Shown: positions 53,086-63,159 of the stretch, in pieces
How positions within the stretch are numbered: position 1 is the stretch's first letter
Layout of the letters: the number at the start of each line of letters is the position of its first letter
Source: Acidobacteriota bacterium
Lineage (GTDB): Bacteria > Acidobacteriota > Terriglobia > 2-12-FULL-54-10
Direction: 5' to 3'
Length of the DNA stretch: 64,000 nucleotides
NCBI GenBank assembly: GCA_009691245.1
Contig: SHUM01000003.1
Location: 3,099 to 67,098, forward strand
Made by a program: the position numbers and the translations under genes
The notes under the pieces: generated by a model
What the model was told of the DNA's origin: nothing
Seen by the model: the letters and a program-made list of their open reading frames with translations, nothing else
Database searches by the model: none

Positions 53086-55518
53086 CTAGAACTCCCAGCG
53101 CAGTCCTGTCCGCAGTGTGGCCTTGGGCGCGAGGAATCCTGCGTTGTAGTATTCTTCGTTCAATAGATTGTCCACGCGGATGACGTAGCGCAGCGTGTGG
53201 CTCTCGCGCTCCAGCAAATCAGTGCTCGCCGTTAAATCTACCCGCGCATACCCCGCGAAGCGGTACACACCGAATGGAAAGGGGAACGCCGAGCCAAACA
53301 GCGGAAAGTCATGATCGGCCACCGCGTAGGTTTGCAGATGGAGGTGAACGCGGCGGATCGGTTCGAGCAGCACCCCTGAATTGAACTGATGCTCGGAGAC
53401 GCCCAACACGCGCGTCGTTCCGGCGGCGGAAGCAAATGGCAGATCGGAGTTGGCCAGTGTATATCCCGCGTTGAAGCTGACCATCCGATGCGGTCGGGCG
53501 CGAACCATGAACTCCACGCCGCGCGCGATGCCGCCGCGCGTATTCACGTATCCGAAGGAGCGCCCGAAAGGATCGCCCGGCGTGCCGCCAAAATCAATGA
53601 TGGTGTGCAGCCGCGTGTAGAACCATGTCGCGCTCAACTCCAGTCGATCGCGCCAGAGCTGCTGGTCAACACCCACGTCGATGAAATTCGTCCGCTCCGC
53701 TTTCAGCAACGGATTACCGTAGTAGAAGCCGCGCCCGCCGCTGCCGTATCGTTCATAGAGCGAAGGCGAGCGGAACCCGTTGCCAGCGTGAGCGCGGAGC
53801 TTGGTTCCCATGCTTCGCAGCGTATATGCCAGAGAAGCATCCGCCGTGTAGGCATTGGGCGCATCGAGTTCCCCCACGACCGTGTATGGACTCGGATTGC
53901 TGGTGCCCCCGGGCGAGAGAAACTCCGGACTCGATAGGACATAGAACTGCGCCTGGCCTCCGATCTGAAATTGCAAACGTCCATCGGCCAGCCGCGCATG
54001 ATTGCGCGCCTGCAAGGCCAAGGCTTTTTGAACCGCCACTGTCGTCTGCCCGAACTCCAACTGGTCAATGGCGGTGCGGTCGTACTCCACTCCAAAGTGC
54101 AGGGTGTCGACACTGGAAGCAGAGAGTGCGTTGCGCCAGAACAGTTGCTCATAGGAGCCGTTGTAACTGCGGCGATTCGTAGTAGCCGGCTCTGGGTAGC
54201 CCAGCGTTACGGCCAGCGGGTCGGTGCCGGGGCCGTCATCGTAGCCGCGGCGCACGCGCAGGCTCTGAAAGCCAACGGACTGCCGCCAGAAATCTCCCAC
54301 TTCAAACTCCAGCCGCGCCGCGCCGGAATAGAACCGCACGCGTTGGTGGTAGTCAGGGTCATTGATCTGCGGATAGAAATTCGCCTGCGGGTCTGGAAAT
54401 TCCCGCGCCTCGCGCACCAGCGTGCCGGCGGGCAGCTCGGGCAGATTGGCCAGCGGCGAGGGGTCCTCGTTTAGGTAAGAGAAGCCATCGGCGATCAGAA
54501 AGCGCGTGAACAGCCGGACCCGCGGCGTAAGATCGAACCACGATGCGGCGGAGGCGTTGGTGTCGCGCGAGGCGTCCTGGCCATCCTGGCCGGAGAGATA
54601 ATTCTGATGCGTCAGGTTGAGAGAGTAGGAAAAACGTCGCGAGGCGTTCCATCCAGACAAACCCGCGCTGGGTAGCAGCAGCCCCAACGAGCCGCCTTCG
54701 AGTGAGAGGAACCCGGCCTGCGGGCGGTCGGCCACGCGATCAGGTTGCTGCGTCTGCACGTTAACTACTCCGCCGACCGCATGTGTTCCATAGAGCGACG
54801 ACGCGGCCCCGCGCAGAATCTCCACGCGATCCGCGGTGGCCACCGAAATCTCAGAGAGCAGCGAGCGCGCCGAGCCTTTATTGTCGGAAGGGTCTGACAG
54901 GCGGAAGCCATCGAGCTGAATCGCGGCGTCCTCGGGACGTAGTCCGCGGAAGCGGAAGCTGGCCAGACCAGCTGGCCCTCCCAGTTGCTGGAGTTGCAGG
55001 CCGGGCACGGAACGCAGCGCGTCGGCGAGCGTTACCACGTCGCGCGCGCGCAGCTCCTCGCGTGTGATGATGCTGACGGACTTGGCCGTCTCCTCCGGTA
55101 TCTCCGGCAGACCGGAGGCCAGCACGTTCACGCTCTGGTGGATTCCGGCGATTTCGAGAACCCATTCGAGTGAGTCGCTATCGGATGGAAGAGTCAGGCG
55201 TTGGCTTTGCGTTTGAAATCCAGCGGCGCTGATCTCCACAACGTAGGTGCCATTGGATAAGTTGGTCAACTCGATGCGCCCATCCGCGCTGGCCACCTCC
55301 AGCGCGGTGGAGGTGGAGGCTCCGTAGATGCGAACACGAGCGCCGGTAATGCGGCCGCCGGTGCGGTCGCGCACCACGGCGCTGAGCATATGCGTTGCGC
55401 TCGATTGCGCGCGGGCCAATCGCCATGCGGGTTGCGAAGCGTTTATCAGACAGATCAGGGATAACAGGCAGGCAAAGACACGAATACGACGAAGCACTTT
55501 CATGGACGTTTTCGACAT
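53086..55518 (-). CDS. TonB-dependent receptor, probably for cobalamin (BtuB-like)
   Basis: AAAGGAG SD, plug motifs LADALRSVPG and RVEILRGAASSLYG..AVGGVVN, C-terminal LRWEF. Cobalamin riboswitch upstream. Confidence 0.88.
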   Translation of the reverse strand: MSKTSMKVLRRIRVFACLLSLICLINASQPAWRLARAQSSATHMLSAVVRDRTGGRITGARVRIYGASTSTALEVASADGRIELTNLSNGTYVVEISAAGFQTQSQRLTLPSDSDSLEWVLEIAGIHQSVNVLASGLPEIPEETAKSVSIITREELRARDVVTLADALRSVPGLQLQQLGGPAGLASFRFRGLRPEDAAIQLDGFRLSDPSDNKGSARSLLSEISVATADRVEILRGAASSLYGTHAVGGVVNVQTQQPDRVADRPQAGFLSLEGGSLGLLLPSAGLSGWNASRRFSYSLNLTHQNYLSGQDGQDASRDTNASAASWFDLTPRVRLFTRFLIADGFSYLNEDPSPLANLPELPAGTLVREAREFPDPQANFYPQINDPDYHQRVRFYSGAARLEFEVGDFWRQSVGFQSLRVRRGYDDGPGTDPLAVTLGYPEPATTNRRSYNGSYEQLFWRNALSASSVDTLHFGVEYDRTAIDQLEFGQTTVAVQKALALQARNHARLADGRLQFQIGGQAQFYVLSSPEFLSPGGTSNPSPYTVVGELDAPNAYTADASLAYTLRSMGTKLRAHAGNGFRSPSLYERYGSGGRGFYYGNPLLKAERTNFIDVGVDQQLWRDRLELSATWFYTRLHTIIDFGGTPGDPFGRSFGYVNTRGGIARGVEFMVRARPHRMVSFNAGYTLANSDLPFASAAGTTRVLGVSEHQFNSGVLLEPIRRVHLHLQTYAVADHDFPLFGSAFPFPFGVYRFAGYARVDLTASTDLLERESHTLRYVIRVDNLLNEEYYNAGFLAPKATLRTGLRWEF

Positions 55519-55725
55519 GTGGACTCCTTTGGCCCTCGGAAGGAGGAAACGCAATACCGCCGAGACGGGGAGGCCAGTGTTGGTGGAAGCGGAGGATGAG
55601 GCGAAGGCGCGACCCTTACACAAAATAAACAACGATGCACTAAATCAGCGCAACAGTGATTTCAAAGATGGAAAGACAGCGCCAAGCTCATCGGACTTCC
55701 CCTCGAAGCCGATTCCCGCAGGGGG

Positions 55726-55900
55726 GTTCTTGGCAGGTCTCCTGGCTGATGCTTTAACGGATCGAGCGCCTTCCCATCCCGGCGTGCCTATTACGGCAGT
55801 ACGGAACAGTGGCGAATTGCTCAATCCAACGCAATCACAGTGGCGGGGCCGCGCTGGTTTCTCACCAGCTTCCCTATTGATGATTAAGCACCAAGAACAT
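55726..55900 (-). promoter_or_regulatory. Cobalamin riboswitch
   Basis: Minus strand AATAGGGAAGCTGGTGAGAAACCAGCGCGGCCCCGCCACTGT...GCCACTG...GGGAAGGC...AGCCAGGAGACCTGCC (B12 box). P1 is GTTCTTGG/CCAAGAAC. Confidence 0.93.
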
Positions 55901-55948
55901 TTTCCATGTTGCAGGCAGGAAGGCACGGCTGTCAAGCGGCGCGTAAAT

Positions 55949-56025
55949 TGGGGTGGGCGACGGGGCTCGAACCCGCGACTTCCGGAATCACAATCCGGCG
56001 CTCTGCCAGCTGAGCTACGCCCACC
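55949..56025 (-). tRNA. tRNA-His (GUG)
   Basis: G(-1)GTGGGCGTAGCTCAGCTGGCAGAGCGCCGGATT-GTG-ATTCCGGAAGTCGCGGGTTCGAGCCCCGTCGCCCACCCCA. Cloverleaf, G-1:C73 pair, encoded CCA. Confidence 0.97.
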
Positions 56026-56155
56026 GTAAACGGTGCATTGATTATAGGGAACCGGCGGCGTGCAGGTCAATCCGGCCTCCAGCGAGATCTGTATCTGGTA
56101 TGCTAAGGCGATCGCGGTTCAACGAGGCATCAGCCAGACAATAGAGGAGAAACAG

Positions 56156-56581
56156 ATGGACATGCTGGGAAATGTTTTGGGGAGCCTGAAGGGTGGCGGC
56201 CAAGGCGGCGGACTGGCCGGAGCCGTCATGCAGCTGCTGATCCATAAAGGTGGGTCGAGTGGCCAAGGCGGCAGCACCGGCTTGGCGGGGCTAATCCAGA
56301 CTATGAACTCGAATGGTTTGGGGGATGTGGTAAGCTCCTGGGTCGGTACAGGACAGAACAAAGCGATCAGCGCCGCACAGTTATCATCTGTGCTGGGCAA
56401 GAATCAAATCGCATAATTGGCGCAGAAGGCCGGCGTCGCGGAACATGACGCGCCCAATTTGTTGGCCGGGCTGTTGCCCAATCTGGTGGACAAGCTGACA
56501 CCAACGGGGCAGGTTCCCGCCGAGAATGATCTAGCCTCGATGGGTATGAATCTGCTAAAAGGCATCATGGGCGGCAAATAG
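56156..56581 (+). pseudogene. YidB (DUF937) family protein interrupted by an in-frame TAA at 56414-56416
   Basis: GLAGLIQ...GLGDVVSSWVGTGQN..IS..QL lies before the stop. The frame continues LAQKAG...LAGLLPQLVDKLTPTGQVP to a TAG at 56581. Confidence 0.85.
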
Positions 56582-56595
56582 TGCCCCGCGTTTCC

Positions 56596-58488
56596 CTACC
56601 AGCCGTCGGGGAAGCGCTCCTTCCAAGCGGTGGCCCCCGCCGGCTGCATGCCGATTTCACTCGCCAGCGCGGACATCAGGTGAATTACCTTGCCGCCCAC
56701 CACGGTCATCTGCGGGCGGATGGTGGGTATCTCCTCTTCAGGCACTGCGAGGAAATCCTTGTCGAGGACGATGAAGTCGGCGAACTTACCAGGCTCGATG
56801 GACCCCATTACTTTTTCGCGCAGCATGTAGTGCGCGCCCCAGCGCGTCAGCGCCTTCAACTGCGTGATGCGGTCGGTGCGCTCGCCGGGGCCGTAGACCA
56901 TCTTGTCGCGGTCGTTGTAGCGATTCATGCCCTTGGTGATGAAGAAGAAAAGTTTGTGCGGTAGTGGACGGTCGATCTCGAAACCGCTCATCACGCCGCC
57001 GGCGGTGAGGCTCTTGCGTGGCGAGACCCAGGACGTGTACTCGGTCCCATAGACGCGCGCGATCATGGCCGTGCCCATCATGTTGGGCACTACTCCGGCG
57101 GGCTCCCAGAGCAGATTGTTATTCAGACTGGTCAACATGCCGAGGTGTTTGATGCGCGGGATTTGCTGTGGGCGCGGCGCTCCGGCGCTATGGTCAAAGG
57201 CGTGGCGCTTGGCGCGAATGTCGTCGAGCGAGAAGCCGGCCTCGGCGCTCGACTGCTCGATGATGTCCATCAGGTAATCGATATCTTTGTCGCCGCCGGT
57301 GTGGATGGTGGCTATCCTCATGCCGCTCTTGACCACTGTCTCCATGCGCGCGCGGCCCTCTGATCCCGGCGCGTAACTGCAACTGCCCTCGCTGCGGCGA
57401 CCGGCGATCTCGAGTGGATTGGTTTTCCACTGTTCGCTTACCGGTGCGGTCATGCAATTGCCTCCGGCTCCCGCAAAAGCCCCGATCATCCAGATGTTAT
57501 CCGTGCCGGTGCCAACGTTGCTGGCCAGATAGCGCAGCGTGGTCAGGTCCCAGGCGTCGCCGGAGTAGCCCCAGGCAAAGCGCGCGGGCATTTCGCCTCG
57601 CTCGTCGAGATAGCGCAGCGCGCGCAGATTCGAGTAGGAATAGGGGGACGACGCAAACGCGACCGCGCCGTAGCTGGCCCATAGTTCCATCTCCGACTTC
57701 AGCACCTGCGCCAGTTGCGGCGTCTTGCCCTTGAACATGGCGTTCGGCTCCATCTCGCGGCTGAAGCCGAAGCCGTTCTTCCTGAACTCGGGATCGAGCG
57801 CGCCGTCGGCCGACTCCAGACTCTCCATCGCCCGCGTGTTCACCATTGAGGTGATGAATCCGTTGCGCACCTTCACAGGATTGTTAGGCGCGAGCAGGTC
57901 GAGATATTCTTTCTTAATGCTCCTGGCGAAAAGCTGGGCCATCTCGGTGGCGTGCTCGTAGTCTGGGCCGTAGTTGAAGCTGAGGAACAGCCACTGGCCG
58001 GGCTTGGCCTTCGCCAGCACTTCGCGCATCATCGGCTCGAAGCGCGCCATCTGCTCCTTCGGAGGAAGGTTGGGCATCCAGCGATGGATGATCTCATTGT
58101 CATTGGGAAAAATGTGCGTCAGCGCTCGCGGCTCCTGAAAAGCCCAATCGGTGGGATGCTCGTGGGTGATGATGAAGCCCGGCAGCACCATGCGCCCCCT
58201 CAAGTCGATAACCTTGGTTGAAGGCCCAGCCAGCGACCGGATGTCGGCGGTGCGGCCCGTCGCCAGGATGCGGTCGCTACGCACGGCCATGGCTTCCACG
58301 ATGGTGCCCACGCGGGACTCGAACGAGGCGTCGTCCATGGTGACGATTTTCCCGTTGATGAGAATCATCTCGGGATGGCCGAGCTTGGCGGCCTGCGCGG
58401 GGACGCTGCCTTGTTGGGCAGCGCCGAGGTTGGCATGAAGCAGGACGGAAATTCCAATCACAGCCTGTAAGATTCGCGCGCGCATCAT
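56596..58488 (-). CDS. Secreted amidohydrolase (Amidohydro_3/YtcJ-like)
   Basis: Signal peptide, ILINGKIVTMD, IDLRGRMVLPGFIITHEH, IHTGGD and GSIEPGKFADFIVLD. Confidence 0.88.
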   Translation of the reverse strand: MMRARILQAVIGISVLLHANLGAAQQGSVPAQAAKLGHPEMILINGKIVTMDDASFESRVGTIVEAMAVRSDRILATGRTADIRSLAGPSTKVIDLRGRMVLPGFIITHEHPTDWAFQEPRALTHIFPNDNEIIHRWMPNLPPKEQMARFEPMMREVLAKAKPGQWLFLSFNYGPDYEHATEMAQLFARSIKKEYLDLLAPNNPVKVRNGFITSMVNTRAMESLESADGALDPEFRKNGFGFSREMEPNAMFKGKTPQLAQVLKSEMELWASYGAVAFASSPYSYSNLRALRYLDERGEMPARFAWGYSGDAWDLTTLRYLASNVGTGTDNIWMIGAFAGAGGNCMTAPVSEQWKTNPLEIAGRRSEGSCSYAPGSEGRARMETVVKSGMRIATIHTGGDKDIDYLMDIIEQSSAEAGFSLDDIRAKRHAFDHSAGAPRPQQIPRIKHLGMLTSLNNNLLWEPAGVVPNMMGTAMIARVYGTEYTSWVSPRKSLTAGGVMSGFEIDRPLPHKLFFFITKGMNRYNDRDKMVYGPGERTDRITQLKALTRWGAHYMLREKVMGSIEPGKFADFIVLDKDFLAVPEEEIPTIRPQMTVVGGKVIHLMSALASEIGMQPAGATAWKERFPDGW

Positions 58489-58624
58489 ATCGTGGCTCCT
58501 TCAAGTCTCGCGATCGGAGCGGCTGGGCATCGCTCAGGAACAGTATTGTAACTCCGCGGCGTGGAATGCCGGGGCATTTTCCGTATGAGTGGAGAAATAT
58601 GATTTGCCTGGTCGGCAAGAAGAC

Positions 58625-59524
58625 CTAATCGAAGATGACCGTCTTGCGGCCGTAGGGGATGACGCGGCGTTCGAGGTGCAGGCGCACGGCGCGGGCCAGC
58701 ACGACACGCTCGAGGTCGCGGCCCTTGCGCACCATGTCCTCCACGGTGTCGCGATGGCTGCTGCGGGCCACGTCCTGTTCGATGATGGGGCCCTGATCGA
58801 GATCGGCGGTTGCGTAATGGCTGGTCGCGCCAATGAGTTTCACGCCGCGCTCAAACGCCTGGTGGTACGGTTTTGCGCCAACAAAGGCTGGAAGAAATGA
58901 ATGGTGGATATTGATAATGCGGTTGGGGAAGGCCTCCACCATCTGCGGACTGAGCACCGGCATGTAGCGCGCCAGCACCACCAGATCAACGCGGTGCTGG
59001 CGCAGCAGCTCAAGTTCAGCTTTCTCTTGCGCGAGCTTGGTGTCCGCGGTAATGGGAAACACATGAAAGGGGATGCCGAACTTTTCGACCGCCGAGCCGA
59101 GATCGGGATGATTGCTGATGACCAGCGCGACCGTACACGGCAACTCGCCCTCGACGCTGCGCCAGTGCAAATCATAAAGGCAGTGCGACTCCTTGGAGAC
59201 GAACAGGGCCACGCGGTCGAGCTGATCGCGATAATGAATCTCCCATTGCAGATTCAGCTTGCGCGCCAGGGGAAGAAAGGCGGCGGCGAACTCATCTCGC
59301 CCAATCTGGAAACCAGTCGTCTCCCACTCCATGCGCATCAGGAAAAGCCCAGACTGCAGATCGGTGTGATGATCCGAGTGGACGATGTTGCCGTTATATT
59401 GAAAGACAAATTGCGATATCTGAGCGACCAAACCGCGCTGGTCCGGACAGTGGATCCGTAGGACGGCATTTGAGTGGTGGGGTGAGTGGTTGGGCATGAT
59501 CTTCGGGGCCTCCATGTGTGTCAA
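58625..59524 (-). CDS. purU: Formyltetrahydrofolate deformylase
   Basis: ACT domain CPDQRGLVA, VSKESHCL, LARYM, IINIHHSFLPAF.GAKPY and LDQGPIIEQD. Confidence 0.95.
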   Translation of the reverse strand: MTHMEAPKIMPNHSPHHSNAVLRIHCPDQRGLVAQISQFVFQYNGNIVHSDHHTDLQSGLFLMRMEWETTGFQIGRDEFAAAFLPLARKLNLQWEIHYRDQLDRVALFVSKESHCLYDLHWRSVEGELPCTVALVISNHPDLGSAVEKFGIPFHVFPITADTKLAQEKAELELLRQHRVDLVVLARYMPVLSPQMVEAFPNRIINIHHSFLPAFVGAKPYHQAFERGVKLIGATSHYATADLDQGPIIEQDVARSSHRDTVEDMVRKGRDLERVVLARAVRLHLERRVIPYGRKTVIFD

Positions 59525-59622
59525 TCTGTATTACATCGCCTGTATTACCTTGCAGGACGCAGGTGCGACGCCAGCCAGTAGTGCCACTTCGCTTTAAGCA
59601 GGCATTGACTGGTCCGGGAATT

Positions 59623-60696
59623 TTATCTCTTTTTGGCGCGTACAAAACGGGTGAGGTCCGGAAGCACCTCCCGGGTTTGCAACAGCGGAAACAGCACGGC
59701 CCCTGACAGATTGATCAGCACCTGCGAGATCATATAAAGCGTGAAGAGGTTGGCTCCCTGCGTTGATCCCGCAAGTTGGAAGAGCGCCAGGAACGCCACC
59801 TGGCCAACTCCCAGGCTGGCCGGCGTGATGGGAATCGTGGTCAGCACCAACCCCACCGGCACCAGCACCATATATTCCAGCAGATCCACTTCAATTCCCA
59901 AGGCGCGTCCGTAGAGCACGAGGCTGCTCAGAATCAATCCCTGACTGGCACAGGAGATCAGCGCAATCTTACGAATCAGCGCGGCATCACGGACATAATC
60001 GTGCGTGCCGCGATACAGCTCCTCGAACATCTCGCCCATGCGCAGTTTCTTCGCCCAGTGCGCCAGTATCACCGGCGGCGCCGGTCGCAGATAGGCCAAC
60101 CATAATAGGGCCAGAGTGGCGAGTATTCCGCAACCAGCCAGCACGCTGAAGGGCACTACGAAGCGCGCCGGCAACGGATGATAAAAGGTTCCCAAGGTTC
60201 CCAGCAGACAGAACACCAGTAACGCCGAAACGCCGAAAAGGCGGTCAAACAGAATACTTGGCACCACGGCGTACGGCCCCAATGGCGGATGGTTGCTGCC
60301 TCCCGCGGGAGAGTTCTCCGAAGCGCGCCGCGAAATGAACACGCCCCTCAACACATCGCCGCCAATGTGGCCAGGCAACGCCATATTTAAAAATTTAGAG
60401 ACCATCAGTAAGGCGAAGACTTCGCCGGTGGGTAGATGTAATTGACGCGCGCGCAGCAGGCTCTGCCAACGCCAGAGCTGGCCCAAGGGCGTGAGGAATA
60501 ACAAGAGCAGAGCAGGCACGGAATATTGCCACTGCTGCATGGAAGCGAGTAGCGGCTCCCAGGCAATGTGCTCTTTCTTCACCAGATAAACCACCAGCGC
60601 AATCGCCACAGCCAGCTTCACGACGATGGTCAGCCAACTCCTGCTGCTGCCGGTGGAGTCCTGCGAATGGAGTTTACTCGGGGTAGAGGACCACAT
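59623..60696 (-). CDS. Lysylphosphatidylglycerol synthase TM / UPF0104 flippase-like membrane protein
   Basis: RWQSLL, FLNMALPGHIGGDVLR, DRLFG and IPITPASLGV, with multiple TM helices. Confidence 0.85.
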   Translation of the reverse strand: MWSSTPSKLHSQDSTGSSRSWLTIVVKLAVAIALVVYLVKKEHIAWEPLLASMQQWQYSVPALLLLFLTPLGQLWRWQSLLRARQLHLPTGEVFALLMVSKFLNMALPGHIGGDVLRGVFISRRASENSPAGGSNHPPLGPYAVVPSILFDRLFGVSALLVFCLLGTLGTFYHPLPARFVVPFSVLAGCGILATLALLWLAYLRPAPPVILAHWAKKLRMGEMFEELYRGTHDYVRDAALIRKIALISCASQGLILSSLVLYGRALGIEVDLLEYMVLVPVGLVLTTIPITPASLGVGQVAFLALFQLAGSTQGANLFTLYMISQVLINLSGAVLFPLLQTREVLPDLTRFVRAKKR

Positions 60697-60954
60697 ACTG
60701 GGGAAAGTTTAATCGAACCAGATAGGAAAGGAAAGCATGCGTAGCAGAACAGTCAGGCTGTTTCACAGGAGACACCCAAGGCGCGCTGATGCCTTGGTAG
60801 CCACGATCAGCGTCTTTCTGGTGGTGAAGTTTCCAGTGAAAACCACAAGCCCACGGCGAGAGAAGCACTCACCTTGGCTACCAGGGCCTTCAGGGTCCCC
60901 AGGGTCCCCAGGGTCAACGATACATTAGATGTGAAAATGGGCCAGGCCCGGGTT

Positions 60955-61233
60955 TTAGGCCGCGGCCGTGGCTGTGGCTGTGGCTTTGTTGGCGCGGGTC
61001 ACCAAGCGTGACTTCAGCCGTGCCGCGGTGTTGCGGTGGATCAGGCCCTTGCGCACCGACTTGTCGATGCGGGAAACCGTCGCACTCACTTGCAGAGGAT
61101 CGGCTTTGCCTTCGTCCAGCGTGCTCCGAAGTCCGCGCAGGCTAGCGCGCAGCACGCCTTTGTTGGAGCGGTTGACGGCTGTCTTGCGTTTGGTCTGACG
61201 CACGCGCTTGAGCGCGGAATAATGATTAGGCAT
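60955..61233 (-). CDS. rpsT: 30S ribosomal protein S20
   Basis: [13 protein letters not shown]...N and [22 protein letters not shown]. Confidence 0.95.
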   Translation of the reverse strand: MPNHYSALKRVRQTKRKTAVNRSNKGVLRASLRGLRSTLDEGKADPLQVSATVSRIDKSVRKGLIHRNTAARLKSRLVTRANKATATATAAA

Positions 61234-61352
61234 GGAACGTCCTTCTGGCCGGGCTATATCAAGTTCGAGCATATATATATTTGCTCAAGAACCCAGCGCA
61301 ATTGCTCATTGTAGCCAGAACCATCACCCGCCGTCAACGCATTTGACGTACA

Positions 61353-61432
61353 GGTAGTGGGCAGTTTGACGCACTCATGATGTAGCGCCGGTATCCAGTC
61401 GGACCCAAGGGCCGCAAGGATGGCGGCGTTAC
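61353..61432. repeat. Degenerate REP-like element
   Basis: GTAGCGCCGGTATCC ... GGATGGCGGCGTTAC imperfect inverted pair, preceded by GGTAGTGGGCAGTTTGA. Confidence 0.45.
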
Positions 61433-61516
61433 TTTAAACACTCGCCTTACTTACAGAGGAGAGGGCCGTCACGGACGTGGAAAATAGGCTACATTAGTCT
61501 GCGGAGGAATTGCGTT

Positions 61517-62962
61517 TTGGAGTCTCAATCTACAATTGGAGGGCGCTCGGCCGTCTTGCCGGAAGTCTTAATCGTCGAGGATGATTTCGCTTTCTCGCAG
61601 ACCATGCTGGCACTGCTGGAGGCGGAGGGGTTCGCTGCTGAGGCCGTAAACTCGACCGCCGATGCGCTCGATCGGTTCTCGGCGCGTTCCTATCCCATTG
61701 TCATCTCCGACATCTACATTGACGAGCGCACTGGGCTGGATGTGCTGCGCCGCGCGCGCGCCGTGGAGCCGGAGTGCGCGGTGATCCTGATTACCGGGCA
61801 GGGATCGCTCGACACCGTGCTGGAAGCCACGCGCGCCGGTGCGTTCGATTACATCGCCAAGCCCTTCCCGCTCGACCGGCTGGTGCAGACGGTGCGCAAT
61901 GCCGCGAATGCCTGGGCAGCCCGCCGCCAGAACTCGCTTGATGAGACAGCGACTCTCCCTGGCCCCGGCGAATACTCACCAGCGTTGGTGGGCCACTCCG
62001 ACGCCATGGTGGAGACGTACAAGTTCATCTCGCGCGTGGCCGACTCCGACGCCACCGTGCTGCTACAAGGCGAGACCGGCACGGGCAAGGAGATGGTGGC
62101 GCGGCTGATCCACCAGGCCAGCCCGCGGCGCGCGCGGCGCATGGTGGTGGTGGATTGCGGCGCGCTCTCCGGCTCGCTACTGGAAGCTGAATTGTTCGGC
62201 GCCACGCGCGGCGCCTACACTGGCGCGGATCGTGATCGCACGGGGTTGCTGGAAGCCGCCGAGGGCGGCACGGTCTTCCTGGATGAGATCGGCGAAATGG
62301 AGTGGGCCTTCCAGCAGCGGCTGCTGCGCTTCCTCCAGGAGCGCGAGGTGCGTCCGCTAGGCAGCAACACAGCGAAGAAGGTAGATGTGCGCGTAGTTGC
62401 CGCCACAAACTGTGATTTGCGCGGGATGGTCGCCGAGAAGAAGTTTCGCGAGGACCTCTGGTATCGCCTGCAGGTAGCCACCTGCCAGCTGGCGCCGCTG
62501 CGTGATCGCCGGCAGGACATTCCCGAACTGGTGAGCTTCTTTCTAGCGAAGTTTGCACGTCAGGCCGGCACCCAGACAAGCACCTCATCCGTTCGCGCGC
62601 TGCGCTTCAGCGACGACGCGCTGGTTGTGGCTCAACAATACGGCTGGCCGGGCAATGTGCGGCAGTTGGAGAATCTGCTGGAGCGGCTGGCGATTCTGCA
62701 CTCCGGTGCGGTGGTGGATGCGGCGGGATTGCGCAGTGCGCTGTCGGCGATGGACCCCACTAGTCAGAGCCAAACCAGCCCGCATCAGCCAGGATCGACG
62801 ATAGCCGGCCCTGCGGAGTCGCTATCCAGCCTGGAAGAAGACCACATCCGCAGGGTGTTGGAAGCCACGCGCGGCAACAAAACTCGCGCGGCGGAGATTC
62901 TCGGCATCGAGCGCAAGACACTCTATCGCAAACTTGAAAAGATGCGTCTGGCGCATTCCTAA
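61517..62962 (+). CDS. Sigma54-dependent response regulator (NtrC family bEBP)
   Basis: Receiver (VEDD, SDI, AKPF), AAA+ GETGTGKE, ELFG..RGAYTGA, FLDEIGE, WPGNVRQLEN and a Fis-type HTH. Confidence 0.95.
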   Translation: MESQSTIGGRSAVLPEVLIVEDDFAFSQTMLALLEAEGFAAEAVNSTADALDRFSARSYPIVISDIYIDERTGLDVLRRARAVEPECAVILITGQGSLDTVLEATRAGAFDYIAKPFPLDRLVQTVRNAANAWAARRQNSLDETATLPGPGEYSPALVGHSDAMVETYKFISRVADSDATVLLQGETGTGKEMVARLIHQASPRRARRMVVVDCGALSGSLLEAELFGATRGAYTGADRDRTGLLEAAEGGTVFLDEIGEMEWAFQQRLLRFLQEREVRPLGSNTAKKVDVRVVAATNCDLRGMVAEKKFREDLWYRLQVATCQLAPLRDRRQDIPELVSFFLAKFARQAGTQTSTSSVRALRFSDDALVVAQQYGWPGNVRQLENLLERLAILHSGAVVDAAGLRSALSAMDPTSQSQTSPHQPGSTIAGPAESLSSLEEDHIRRVLEATRGNKTRAAEILGIERKTLYRKLEKMRLAHS

Positions 62963-62988
62963 TGCGGTCGAGGCTCTGTTTGCGGCGT

Positions 62989-63003
62989 GTGTCATTCTGA
63001 CAC
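62989..63003. promoter_or_regulatory. Putative upstream activator (bEBP) site
   Basis: Perfect palindrome GTGTCA-TTC-TGACAC about 160 bp upstream of the predicted start. A degenerate second site lies at 63018-63032. Confidence 0.55.
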
Positions 63004-63133
63004 GCCCGCCAAGCAATGTCTCAATGTGGTGGGGCGGAATGCTACGGTTGGATGTTCCAACCTTGTTCGCGAGCCGGATACTGCAACAAATTAAATCAAT
63101 GGGATGCGGGCGATGTGGCGGACACGTCAGTTT

Positions 63134-63149
63134 TGGCACACCTCTTGCA
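63134..63149 (+). promoter_or_regulatory. Sigma54 -24/-12 promoter
   Basis: TGGCAC-ACCTC-TTGCA is an exact consensus. IHF-like AATCAA-TGGG-ATG at 63094-63106. Confidence 0.85.
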
Positions 63150-63159
63150 CTAGGCAATG

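Noticed and set aside
55949..56025. tRNA-His as an integration site for a genomic island
   Set aside because: No integrase nearby and no duplicate of the tRNA 3' end was seen in the window.
60881..60915. 9-bp tandem repeat (CCAGGGTCC-like, about 4 copies)
   Set aside because: Short intergenic microsatellite, and the 63-aa ORF containing it has no other support.
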